Shown piece by piece: positions 27,668 through 36,785 of a stretch of DNA of 64,000 bases (the stretch's first letter is position 1; every line of letters starts with the position of its first letter). Under the pieces are notes generated by a model. That model was not told the DNA's origin. It worked only from the letters and a program-made list of their open reading frames with translations, and did not search any database. The translations under genes were made by a program, and so were the position numbers. Source of the DNA: Chthoniobacteraceae bacterium (GTDB lineage Bacteria; Verrucomicrobiota; Verrucomicrobiia; Chthoniobacterales; Chthoniobacteraceae); NCBI GenBank assembly GCA_037190965.1, contig JBBCKI010000028.1, positions 96,001-160,000 of the forward strand. Reading direction: 5' to 3'.

Positions 27668-30471
27668 CGATGAGTCTTTCCCGCCGAGCCGCCGCCACCC
27701 ATCCGTCCAATGCCACGGGCGCTGCGCTTGTCATCACGCTGTCAGTGCTGGTGCTGGTCACGGTCTTGCTCGTCGGGCTTAGCGCGACCTTGCGGCTTGA
27801 GAGAGGGGCTGCGGCTTCCCATTTTGAGCGTAGCCGCGCCGAACTTTTCGCGCAGTACGGAGTGGAAGAGGTTGTTGCCACCTTGCAAACCCAGACCGCC
27901 GATCCTAGTCGCTACTGGATCAGCCAGCCAGGCCAGATCGTGGCGGGCAGTCCGGGCGTGGCCTGGCCGCTGCATTCGGGAACGGCCACGCAGGCTGACG
28001 CTCCCGACCTCAACGTGCGCACGCTCGCGGAAACGGGTCATCTTGTGAGCGAAACGGTGGACGCGAATACCGGAAAGGCAGTCCGGATGCCGCTGAATTG
28101 GGTCTACGTTTTCAAGGAAGAGAACGTGCCGCCCGGCCCGTTGCCGGGAGCCGGAACTCCGGTCGGCCGCTATGCCTATTGGACGGACGACGAGAGCGCC
28201 AAGGTGAATTTCAACCTCGCCTGGACTCGTTCCGCGGCGAATCCGAACCCTTACAGCCACCCCAGCCAGGTCAGTCTCGCCGCGATTTTTTCCGACGTTA
28301 TTTCATCCTCCGCCCGGGCGGAAGAACTGGCGCGGGCGGTTCACTTTTTCCGGGCGACTCCACCGCCGCCGGATCCCTTCGCCAACCCCGGCGATTACAA
28401 TGCGATCAAGCGCACCTTCTTCAACACCCGGGAGGATGCCGCCAGGGTAGGCGCGGCCGACGACACCATGGCCACGGACCTCCGCGCGGCTTTCAAGGCC
28501 GCCAAGTTCGAGGTTAGCCATTACAATAGCGATCCTGACACGACGTTCTTCAACGAGCCGCGAATCGTCCTGACCACCGATTCCGCCAAGGCCAACGGCA
28601 GGCCTTATCTGAATATTCTCAAGACCGGCAATCCCGATCCTGGGGCGCTTTCTTCATTGGATACGAACAAACTCAACACCTCCCTGCAACTGCTGATCCA
28701 GTATCTCGAGCGATCCGATTGGCCCATGGCCGCTGGGTCCAGCTTCCAGAAAAAGTATTACGGCGATTCGAAGCAGCGGTTGACCCAGTTGGCCATCAAC
28801 ATCATCGATTACGTCAGGTCGGCGGAATCCGCGAGAAATATCGTCGAGCCGATTCGCGGTTATTACGTCAACGGGAAGTTCACGATCGGCATCGGATCTG
28901 CGGCGGATGATACCTACATGGGAGCTACCCGGGCCCCGATGATTACCGAGATGGCGTACTGGATGTCCAATCAGTCGGAATCGCGCAATACGGAGCAGGG
29001 CGTGAAGACGCTCTATCCATGCAAATTTTACATCGAAATCTATCTGCCGGAAAATTATGGACTCGCGGAAATTCCGCTCGTGGGAGACGTAGAGCCCTCT
29101 GTATCAGGGGTTCAACGATGGGGTATTTATAATTATGAGCCACGGAGCGGTCACATATATTACGATGGGAAAGGTCGTCTGCTTAAGTCGAATAGCGAAA
29201 CCCCGAACCGGGGGGGAATTCTTCTGGGCTCGGGCCAAGGGGACGGGCAGCCCTATGTGCTTGGCGGGAAGACGACGCTCAAGGCGGGCGAATATGCCAC
29301 GATCGTCCATGACCTCTACCGTGAGAAGTCGCAAACCGAGCGTCCCCGGATTTACATGAAGTCGCAGTTGCGTCTTGGAACGGAAACCCAGGATGGCTTT
29401 CAGGACCCGAATGCGATCCGGATCAGCAGCGCGCCGAGCATGGATCCCCCGCAGGGCACTCCCCCGGCGGGCGGTGATCCTACGGCGATCGTCTACAACA
29501 TCGACGCGCCTCCTATTGCGGAAACGGCGATCACGTCGGTGCAGTGCAACGATCCCCGGGTCAATATCGTTGTCCGGGATTGGACCCAATATGGTCAGAT
29601 GTCCAACACCCTTGCCGGTATCCATTCGACCGGCGTCAACACAAGCAACTCGGTTGGAAACACGCCGAATACGTCCATTTATCCTCCGCAAGATGCGGAC
29701 CGGGATGGCAAGATCAGCCAGGCAAGTCTCCGGATGCCTGCTCCGAAAGGGAGCTCGGAAAATCCGCAGGGCCAGGTTCGCAGTTCGGGGGAACTGGGGT
29801 TCATCCATACCGGCATCGAGCATCAGAATACGGGCGCTGGCGTGCCGTGGCGGACGCTCCGTTTGCAACCCACCGCGAATTCGGTTGCGGGGGAAGTGCC
29901 CGATTGGGCTTTCATGGATCTCTTTACGGCTCCGCTGGCGGTGCCTTCAGGTGGATCAAATCTTTATACTCCGTTTGGAACAAGTTGCGGAGGTCGCGTC
30001 AATCTCAACATCAAGGCTGTGCCGCTCGATGGACTCGAGCGGGTGCGCCCGCTCATCGCCATTTTGCAGGGAAGCCGGAAGGATTCCAACGATCCGGCGA
30101 GCATCGTTGATGCGGAGGAAGCTGTCCAGATCGCGCACAACATTCACAACAGGCAACTGGCCGTGCATGGCGTGCGGTATGGTTTTGCCGATGGTTACGA
30201 CTCTCCGGGAGAAGTGGTGGAAATCGCGGGTGTGGCTGACGGCGGCGAAGAAAGTGAAGAGCTTGTGCGGCAGATGGCCAACCTTATTACGACGCGGAGC
30301 AATGTCTTCACGGTCTATACGATCGGGCAATCGCTCCAGCCGACGACGAACGGCAAGTTGATCGTCACGGGGGAGCAGCGCCAGCAGGTCATGATCGAGC
30401 GCTACCGCCCTAGTTCCACATCGGGAGAGATCCGCTTTAGGAATCTCTATTTCCGGAACCTCAATCCTTAG
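27664..30471 (+). CDS. large PilX/GspK-like protein, Verru_Chthon cassette A-like
   Basis: G|AALVITLSVLVLV (no Glu5), WISQPG, GRYAYWTDDESAKVN, GRVNLN, TTRSNVFTVY..GQ...GEQR...IERY. Confidence 0.85.
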   Translation: MTMSLSRRAAATHPSNATGAALVITLSVLVLVTVLLVGLSATLRLERGAAASHFERSRAELFAQYGVEEVVATLQTQTADPSRYWISQPGQIVAGSPGVAWPLHSGTATQADAPDLNVRTLAETGHLVSETVDANTGKAVRMPLNWVYVFKEENVPPGPLPGAGTPVGRYAYWTDDESAKVNFNLAWTRSAANPNPYSHPSQVSLAAIFSDVISSSARAEELARAVHFFRATPPPPDPFANPGDYNAIKRTFFNTREDAARVGAADDTMATDLRAAFKAAKFEVSHYNSDPDTTFFNEPRIVLTTDSAKANGRPYLNILKTGNPDPGALSSLDTNKLNTSLQLLIQYLERSDWPMAAGSSFQKKYYGDSKQRLTQLAINIIDYVRSAESARNIVEPIRGYYVNGKFTIGIGSAADDTYMGATRAPMITEMAYWMSNQSESRNTEQGVKTLYPCKFYIEIYLPENYGLAEIPLVGDVEPSVSGVQRWGIYNYEPRSGHIYYDGKGRLLKSNSETPNRGGILLGSGQGDGQPYVLGGKTTLKAGEYATIVHDLYREKSQTERPRIYMKSQLRLGTETQDGFQDPNAIRISSAPSMDPPQGTPPAGGDPTAIVYNIDAPPIAETAITSVQCNDPRVNIVVRDWTQYGQMSNTLAGIHSTGVNTSNSVGNTPNTSIYPPQDADRDGKISQASLRMPAPKGSSENPQGQVRSSGELGFIHTGIEHQNTGAGVPWRTLRLQPTANSVAGEVPDWAFMDLFTAPLAVPSGGSNLYTPFGTSCGGRVNLNIKAVPLDGLERVRPLIAILQGSRKDSNDPASIVDAEEAVQIAHNIHNRQLAVHGVRYGFADGYDSPGEVVEIAGVADGGEESEELVRQMANLITTRSNVFTVYTIGQSLQPTTNGKLIVTGEQRQQVMIERYRPSSTSGEIRFRNLYFRNLNP

Positions 30472-30502
30472 TCCGAACTCCGGCATTTCTTCGCTGCAGC
30501 CA

Positions 30503-30671
30503 GTGAGGCAGCACCGGTAGCCCGCTCGCGCCGTCGAGCGCGGGTATCGACTCCGTGCTTCATGGGGGCCGCAGCCAAATCCAAGCACCCCGTCTGCCCG
30601 TCCTGCGGGGATGGGCGCCAGACGTGACTCTTCATCGATCCCGCGCTCGACGGCGCGAGCGGGCTATCTTG
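30503..30671 (-). repeat. GTAG-type REP doublet, family A copy 2
   Basis: Perfect 27-bp inverted repeat TAGCCCGCTCGCGCCGTCGAGCGCGGG (30518-30544 / 30640-30666); spacer homologous, in reverse orientation, to copies 1 and 3. Confidence 0.85.
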
Positions 30672-30729
30672 CGCAAACGCGCGACTCAATTTTTCGCCAA
30701 CCCATCCGTTCCAACATCGGAGTTAGGGC

Positions 30730-32139
30730 CTAATCCTCATCGCTGTGCAACAAGGCAAGGGCGAAAAGTCCAAGGGCATAGCTTGGCGCTGTCCGATAAG
30801 AACCTCGCTGTAACTCTTCCCCCACTTTGTTGGCCTGGGAGCACCCCGGAAGCAATCCATCGGGGGTGAGAGCCGAACTGAGCGTCCGGACACTTCGGCT
30901 CCCGGCTCTACGCGCACTTTCATCCAGCCAGCCCGCCCGGCAGCCCATTAGAATGGCGGCGGCAATGCCTGCGCAACCGGCATGGTCGGGAAGCCCTCCT
31001 GCCTCGTCGATAAAACATGGCCAGAGGCCTTCGGCATTTTGCCATGAAAGCGTCCAGGCCGCCGCGCGTTGAAATTCTTCCAGGAGATGCGGGGCTTCTT
31101 CTGGGCCGATTTCTTCCAGCGATTTGATCAGCCCCAGAAGATACCAGGCGAGTCCGCGCGACCAGTTGCGGAAGGTGCGTCTCCCGTCATTATAGCTGCG
31201 AAGATAGAAATGACCGTTGTGGAATAGCCGCTCTTTGCGCAGCCATAGCTCTTCGGTCGCTTGTTGCACCAGGTGCTTTCGCGCCAGGGCCCGCCCTGCG
31301 ACGGCCATGGGGTAGGCCATCGTCAAACTTCCCTCTGCCGTCACGGAAGTCCGGGTTCCCTTCCAGAAGGCAATGGCAGCTTTCACCCAGTGATGATCCG
31401 GGGCGAGACTGGCCGCCGTGGCGGCGGGTAACGTCATTTCAACGCCGTCATAATAGTCCAAAATGGCCTTGCCACGAGGATTCTCATAGTCGAGCTGGCC
31501 CCTCTCGAATCCATAGGTTCTCAGGTGTAGTTCCAATGCGGAGCGGGCCGATACCGAACAAGGGAGCTTCGGGAGTTTGCTGCCCCGTTGATCGTCGGTC
31601 TTCATTTCCGGGGCCTGCAAGGCGGCGAGATGCCTGAGTGCTTCCAAAACACACCCCTCCTTCCAGCCGAAGGAGGCAAGACTATGCAGCGAGCAAAGCC
31701 GTTCCCAAAAAGAGTCCAGCGGCGAGGCCATCTGCCCCTCGGAATGCACGACGGCATGGGGCGAAAACCATGGGGTGGAGGAGCTTGCATCCTTTGCGAA
31801 AATCCAAAGCGGACGTTCCCCGTCAAGCTGGCGCAAAGTCACGGCGGAGAGCCGCCCGGGAAGAGGAATGACAAGTGTTTCGAACGGGTCGGCACAAGGG
31901 ATGATCAGGCGGTGTGGTTCATGGCCGTTGCCGAAGCTGATTTCGATTTCCTTGATGTCGCGATCTTCGAACGCGACGGTTAATCGGAGTGAGGCTCCGG
32001 TGGGAAGCTCGTCGGGCCATTCCAGCTCGATGGGGTCGGTCCCTACAGGAATGGCAGGGTGGCATTGCGGCAGGCGAAATGGGCCGTCGAGCGACGAGGC
32101 CATCGCGCCATGCCGAAGATCCGCAAATCTCCGCATCAT
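30730..32139 (-). CDS. GH88/GH105 family glycoside hydrolase with N-terminal accessory domain
   Basis: FGWKEGC, NWSRGLAW (WxRG motif), WQNAEGLW, YALGLF of the (alpha/alpha)6 barrel. Confidence 0.75.
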   Translation of the reverse strand: MMRRFADLRHGAMASSLDGPFRLPQCHPAIPVGTDPIELEWPDELPTGASLRLTVAFEDRDIKEIEISFGNGHEPHRLIIPCADPFETLVIPLPGRLSAVTLRQLDGERPLWIFAKDASSSTPWFSPHAVVHSEGQMASPLDSFWERLCSLHSLASFGWKEGCVLEALRHLAALQAPEMKTDDQRGSKLPKLPCSVSARSALELHLRTYGFERGQLDYENPRGKAILDYYDGVEMTLPAATAASLAPDHHWVKAAIAFWKGTRTSVTAEGSLTMAYPMAVAGRALARKHLVQQATEELWLRKERLFHNGHFYLRSYNDGRRTFRNWSRGLAWYLLGLIKSLEEIGPEEAPHLLEEFQRAAAWTLSWQNAEGLWPCFIDEAGGLPDHAGCAGIAAAILMGCRAGWLDESARRAGSRSVRTLSSALTPDGLLPGCSQANKVGEELQRGSYRTAPSYALGLFALALLHSDED

Positions 32140-32144
32140 TAGTC

Positions 32145-32308
32145 TAGGGCGTGTTAACGAATTTGCTGAAGTCGGCTAAAAGCCACTTTTTGGCCAAAAA
32201 GTGGCCCTCTTCAACTCGACGAATTCCGATTCGCCGAGTTTCATCGGCCCATTTCTGACTCAAAAATTGACCTTTTATCCTCATTTCTCAATTCGTTAAC
32301 ACGCCCTA
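32145..32308. mobile_element. 164-bp MITE
   Basis: Perfect 19-bp terminal inverted repeats TAGGGCGTGTTAACGAATT / AATTCGTTAACACGCCCTA (outer TA likely the target duplication); internal perfect 24-bp palindrome 32182-32205; no ORF. Confidence 0.85.
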
Positions 32309-32310
32309 AT

Positions 32311-33543
32311 CTACGCAACGCGGGCGTAAGCCCTGGTTTGGATCCTGATCACCGTATCGAAGGGATCGGGGGGGTGTGAAGGCAGCCCCTTGAGCACCAA
32401 CCGGCCGTCCGCCGTTCTTCCAACCTCCAGTGACTGCCCCGTTTTCAGAATCGTCGCGGAGATCACCTCTTCTTGCATATTGCGAAAATAGGCTTCTTTG
32501 CCTGGCCACCAGAAGATGTGGAGGTAGATGCAATCTTCTGCATGGACGAAAAAGCCGCAGGAACCGCCGGACATGGAGGAGGGCGCAACTCCATGAATGG
32601 AGCACCCGTTCACCCGCATCCATTCTCCGATTTTTCGAAGTGTCCTGGCCTGGGCTGCCGGAATCTCGCCATTGCCCCTTGGGCTGACGTTCAGGAGGAA
32701 GTTGCCGCCCATGGCCGCGCAGGTCGCAAGGGTTTGCACCAGGAACGCGGGGCTTTTGGGGGTGGGATCATGGCGCAGGTATCCCCAGCCACGCTCGTCG
32801 CCAATGGTCATGCAGCATTCCCACGCTGCATTGGTTTCCTTGGGGGCTCTGATCTGCTGCTCCGGGGTTCCGAAGTCCTCGGGAATCCCTGAACGATTGT
32901 TGATCAGGATGTCAGGCTGAAGGCTTCGAACCATTTTATTGAGTTTGGCCGATTCGAAAAATTCCGCCGTGTTTTTTGGCCCTCCCTGTGCTGCCAGCGT
33001 CGGAAAAAAGATCGTCCCATCGTACCAAAGAAGATCGATTTTCCCATAGTTGCTCATTAACTCCCGGACTTGGGCGTGGGCCAACTGGCGCTGCTTTTCC
33101 ATGCCTTCCCACGATTCGTTGACATCGCGGATTCCATGACGCCAATCGGTCAGCGAATAATAGAGGCCGACCTTCATTCCGCCCCTGCGGCAGGCCGCCA
33201 CATATTCCGCGACAAAATCACGCCCCGCGGCGGTTTTGACGCTGGTGAAATCGTCTGTCTGGCTGTCGAAGAGACAGAAGCCGTCGTGATGCCGCGCGGT
33301 CAGGACGAGATACTTCATCCCGGCGTCCCTGGCCTGCGCGACCCACCGGTCCGCGTCGAAGCGCTTCGGGTTGAAACGGTCGGCCAGCTTGGCGTACTGC
33401 TCAAGGGGCATGCCCTCGTGCCGCATGACCCATTCCCCGCGTCCCAGCGTTGAATAGATCCCCCAATGGATGAACATGCCGAAGCGCGCGTCGTTGAACC
33501 AAGCGAGCCGGGATGCCGATGTGGAAGCACTGATGTTCTGCAT
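32311..33543 (-). CDS. GH29 alpha-L-fucosidase-family glycosidase
   Basis: WFNDARFGMFIHWGIYS, TARHHDGFCLF, LWYDG, INNR, TPEQ, WGY, GNFLLNV. Confidence 0.92.
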   Translation of the reverse strand: MQNISASTSASRLAWFNDARFGMFIHWGIYSTLGRGEWVMRHEGMPLEQYAKLADRFNPKRFDADRWVAQARDAGMKYLVLTARHHDGFCLFDSQTDDFTSVKTAAGRDFVAEYVAACRRGGMKVGLYYSLTDWRHGIRDVNESWEGMEKQRQLAHAQVRELMSNYGKIDLLWYDGTIFFPTLAAQGGPKNTAEFFESAKLNKMVRSLQPDILINNRSGIPEDFGTPEQQIRAPKETNAAWECCMTIGDERGWGYLRHDPTPKSPAFLVQTLATCAAMGGNFLLNVSPRGNGEIPAAQARTLRKIGEWMRVNGCSIHGVAPSSMSGGSCGFFVHAEDCIYLHIFWWPGKEAYFRNMQEEVISATILKTGQSLEVGRTADGRLVLKGLPSHPPDPFDTVIRIQTRAYARVA

Positions 33544-33564
33544 GAAAGAAGCGGATTAGCTCCA

Positions 33565-35046
33565 TCAAAAGCGCCGGCGGAACGAGCGCCCGACAAGGGC
33601 CGCCCCCGCGCCCGTCAAGGCAAGCAGCCAGGCTGTGGAGGGCTCGGGGATGACGGTGAGTGTTCCGCCGAATTCGGTATAAACGCCGGGCGCCAGGAAG
33701 ACGCCATTTTGCAGGGTGCTGCCGACAAAGAATCTCGCGCCGTTCAGGTTAATGGTCGACTCTCCGATATTTTCCAGGCGATTCGTGCGGAAGTACTCCC
33801 CGGACGCGATATTAAGCGTGTTGTCCTCCAACAGGATGCTCGATCCGTTGAGCTTCAGGAGATCCAAAGCAAAGGTGGTATCGGAGTCGGTCACCGCGGC
33901 CTCGAGCGTTTGGACGCCAGTGCCGGAAAGGGCCAACTGCATCGTGTTGAAATTCGAGTCTTTGAGGGAGGTGGCCTTGATATCAAGATTTCCGCCTAGT
34001 TGGACCGTGGTTAGGGATCCTCCGGTGCCCAGCTTTACCGTCGAGTTGGTTTCGACAACGAAGTTCTTTCCGATCCTCAGTTGGAGGCCTCCGAGATCGT
34101 CGGAAAGGTCCAGCGTGCCGCTTGTCTTGATCGTGAGAGAATCTCCGGCGCTGAAGCGGTTGAGGGCGCTGGCGGACTCTGTGCCGCCAACGTAAACTCG
34201 CGCGCCGGCTCCGATGGTGATGTCTTTTCCGATATCCGTGTTGACGGCCGACCGCAAGACGACCTCCCCGCTGTTGAGAGTAAGATTCCCGTCGATCTGG
34301 ACGTTGCCGGTAACTCCGGCCCTGCCGACCGAGAAACTGGCCGCTCTCCCGTTATAGGCACCCTCCTGGAGAAGCACATCCCCGGTGAATCTCACCGTGC
34401 CGCCTGTCCAGGCGGCGCTGTCGGTGAAGCTCGATCCGTTGTTGAAGGTCACGGTAGGGATGTCGAACGTCAGGGTTTCGCCGGTTTGGGGGCCGACGAT
34501 GGTCAGGTTTGCTGCGCGGCTGGTGGTTCCGCTTCCCCCGAGAATCATCGCTGCCGCCTGCACGGTGGTCTGCCTGGACGATGAGAACCGGCCGATATTG
34601 CCGCCGTCGCCTTCAACAAGAATGGTTCCGGAGACGACAAAGGCCGTTGTCCTGTTGCCTGCGGTAAAATTGGCAAGGCCGTTGACCCCCTTGATCGAGA
34701 TCGATTCGGCGGCGAAGGCCGAGGCCGTTCCAGTAGAGAGGGTGACGCTGGCGCCGCCCGATTCGAAAAGCAGCGTCTTGAAGGAACTGACATTGGTTAG
34801 CGTGCTGGAGACGGCAATGCCGCTTACCTTGACGTCGCTACCGGCGCTTGGAGTTACTCCGCCAACCCAGTTCGAAGCGGTCCCCCACGCAACCGTTCCC
34901 GTCTTGGTTTTATCCCACTCAATCGTACTCGCCGAAGCCGCAGGGATTGAACCGGCGAGAAGAATCGAAAGGAAGGCCGCTTGCCAGTGGAGGGACAGTG
35001 AGCCTGAGAACTGAGTCGTCTTCCGTGGAGAGAGGGGGGTGTTCAT
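33565..35046 (-). CDS. PEP-CTERM surface protein (Gly/Thr/Ser-rich beta-helix-like)
   Basis: Signal peptide, W...SNW.GG..P motif, C-terminal VIPEPSTAWLLALTGAGAALVGRSFRRRF. Confidence 0.93.
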   Translation of the reverse strand: MNTPLSPRKTTQFSGSLSLHWQAAFLSILLAGSIPAASASTIEWDKTKTGTVAWGTASNWVGGVTPSAGSDVKVSGIAVSSTLTNVSSFKTLLFESGGASVTLSTGTASAFAAESISIKGVNGLANFTAGNRTTAFVVSGTILVEGDGGNIGRFSSSRQTTVQAAAMILGGSGTTSRAANLTIVGPQTGETLTFDIPTVTFNNGSSFTDSAAWTGGTVRFTGDVLLQEGAYNGRAASFSVGRAGVTGNVQIDGNLTLNSGEVVLRSAVNTDIGKDITIGAGARVYVGGTESASALNRFSAGDSLTIKTSGTLDLSDDLGGLQLRIGKNFVVETNSTVKLGTGGSLTTVQLGGNLDIKATSLKDSNFNTMQLALSGTGVQTLEAAVTDSDTTFALDLLKLNGSSILLEDNTLNIASGEYFRTNRLENIGESTINLNGARFFVGSTLQNGVFLAPGVYTEFGGTLTVIPEPSTAWLLALTGAGAALVGRSFRRRF

Positions 35047-35052
35047 GACAAA

Positions 35053-35081
35053 ATAGTATGTATTAGTATGTTTATGTGCAA
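35053..35081 (-). promoter_or_regulatory. sigma70 promoter of the PEP-CTERM gene with overlapping candidate operator
   Basis: Minus strand TTGCAC-N17-TACTAT-N6-ATG; GTATGTATTAGTAT (35056-35069) recurs near other island genes. Confidence 0.7.
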
Positions 35082-35091
35082 GTAAAATATT

Positions 35092-36750
35092 CTACGATAG
35101 GGTATTTTTATTGCCTCGATCATCAGGAGCCGTCATGCGTGAGACGATTGGAGCCAGTCGCGCGGCCAGTTCGCGGGCGATGGCTGCCGCGCCGTGATCC
35201 GAGGGATGCGTCCCGTCGGAAAGAAGCTGGTCGAGGTCCGAGAGCAGTTCGGTTCCTTCGATAAGATGAAGATGGGGATCCCGGACCGCGCGGGCCAGCA
35301 CCGCCTCCCGGATTACCTTGCGGATCGTTTCCGCTTTCAAGTTCCTCTCATCGGGATCGTCAGCGTCCCGTGCCGGGTTATCGCTGGAGTGGATGATCGG
35401 CGTCACGCAGACGATCGGCTTTGCGGGATGGGCTTGCCGGATGACATCCAGGAACCGGTCATAGGCTTGGCGGTATCGGTTCGGCGGGGTGGACATCGAA
35501 TTGGTTCCCAGGTGCAGCGAGAGGAGATCCCAGTCGTCCCGGGCCGCGATCTCGCGGGCGATATATTCCTGGGCGCGCGCGTTGGCTCCGAAACCGAGGT
35601 TGAACGGCGCGAGGAGCAGTTGGCGCGCGACCAGTTCAACCCAGGTGAAATCAGGCGAGGTCACGTTCGCGCCGTGGGTGATCGAATCGCCATGGGCGAG
35701 CCACCGGGGAAGACCGGCACGCATAGGGGCTGCGGGAGCATCGACCGGTGGTTCGCTTTCCAACTCCACGGAAAGTAGTTCGATTTCGGCGTGGGTGGGA
35801 AAGATGAGCCGGATGGGTTGGTTTTTCGTTCCGTTTCGGGGGAGCGTCCACGCGATTTCTTGCGGATGGCGGGAGCCCTCCGCCACCGTTCGGGTGGGAT
35901 GCCGTTTTTGGTTTCGCAGGAACAACGCCCATGTGACCGGGAAGCCGTCGTCATGCACGATCCGGAACCGGATACGGATTCCCCGCGCCGAGGAGGCGTC
36001 GAATTGGACTTCGATTCCCGCAGTCATTCGGGCAACCGCCTTTTCCGAATCGGTCATTTCTTCCAGCAAACCGGGCGATACCCGTCTCGGGAGCGAGCCG
36101 TGTTCTCCGATCACGACATGCAGCGCGTTGATCCAAAGGAAGCCGTTGCGGCCTCCCGCGCCGTCGAAATCGAGGCGATTCCACTCATGCCGGCGCAGAA
36201 AGTCCGGGGCCGAAAGAGCGGCCGTGGAAGAGAGGACGGGGGCACCTTCTGGGCCGGCACCGGAATAGTCGTAACGGCAAACCGCCCATCGCAGACAGGG
36301 AGGGCGTTTTGCGTCGGCGCTGAACGCCTGCCACGGAATAAAGACCTCGGTGCTCCGACTATTGATGGGCATCGCCTTGTCGCGGAAAGTTGCGTCCCCC
36401 AGCATCTCTAGCGATTTCGGTTTGTGTGCTTCGCTACCCGGGGCGAAGCGCCACTCCCGATGAAAGTCCGTCCGGGGATCGTGTAGAAAGATCACGATGA
36501 CGTCGTCTCTCTTTCTGGAAGAGAGTGCGAACGGGAAGGCGGTTTCTCCCTCGACGGTGAAGGTGATTCCCTCCTCATTGTAGGCGATTCGCGCGGAGGT
36601 GCTTCGGAAAGGCTCTCCGCGGCCTTCCGCCCAAGATTGGCCGAGGGGAAAGATCCGCGCGCCCGTCGGATGAACTCGAACGGTTTCCCCGGGATTGGCT
36701 TTCGGGAGAACGGCAGAAGTGGAATTGAAGAGTGATGACGATTCAGGCAT
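35092..36750 (-). CDS. CBM9-like domain + SGNH/GDSL esterase fusion
   Basis: N-terminal CBM9-like (EVFIPW, WAVCRYDY); SGNH blocks HGDSITHG, NLGFG, LGTN, DGTHP; likely start ATG 36750 (ORF opens 36888). Confidence 0.8.
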   Translation of the reverse strand: MPESSSLFNSTSAVLPKANPGETVRVHPTGARIFPLGQSWAEGRGEPFRSTSARIAYNEEGITFTVEGETAFPFALSSRKRDDVIVIFLHDPRTDFHREWRFAPGSEAHKPKSLEMLGDATFRDKAMPINSRSTEVFIPWQAFSADAKRPPCLRWAVCRYDYSGAGPEGAPVLSSTAALSAPDFLRRHEWNRLDFDGAGGRNGFLWINALHVVIGEHGSLPRRVSPGLLEEMTDSEKAVARMTAGIEVQFDASSARGIRIRFRIVHDDGFPVTWALFLRNQKRHPTRTVAEGSRHPQEIAWTLPRNGTKNQPIRLIFPTHAEIELLSVELESEPPVDAPAAPMRAGLPRWLAHGDSITHGANVTSPDFTWVELVARQLLLAPFNLGFGANARAQEYIAREIAARDDWDLLSLHLGTNSMSTPPNRYRQAYDRFLDVIRQAHPAKPIVCVTPIIHSSDNPARDADDPDERNLKAETIRKVIREAVLARAVRDPHLHLIEGTELLSDLDQLLSDGTHPSDHGAAAIARELAARLAPIVSRMTAPDDRGNKNTLS

Positions 36751-36785
36751 GGCTTCTTTGGGGCACCTTTGATGCTCCTTTGGGC

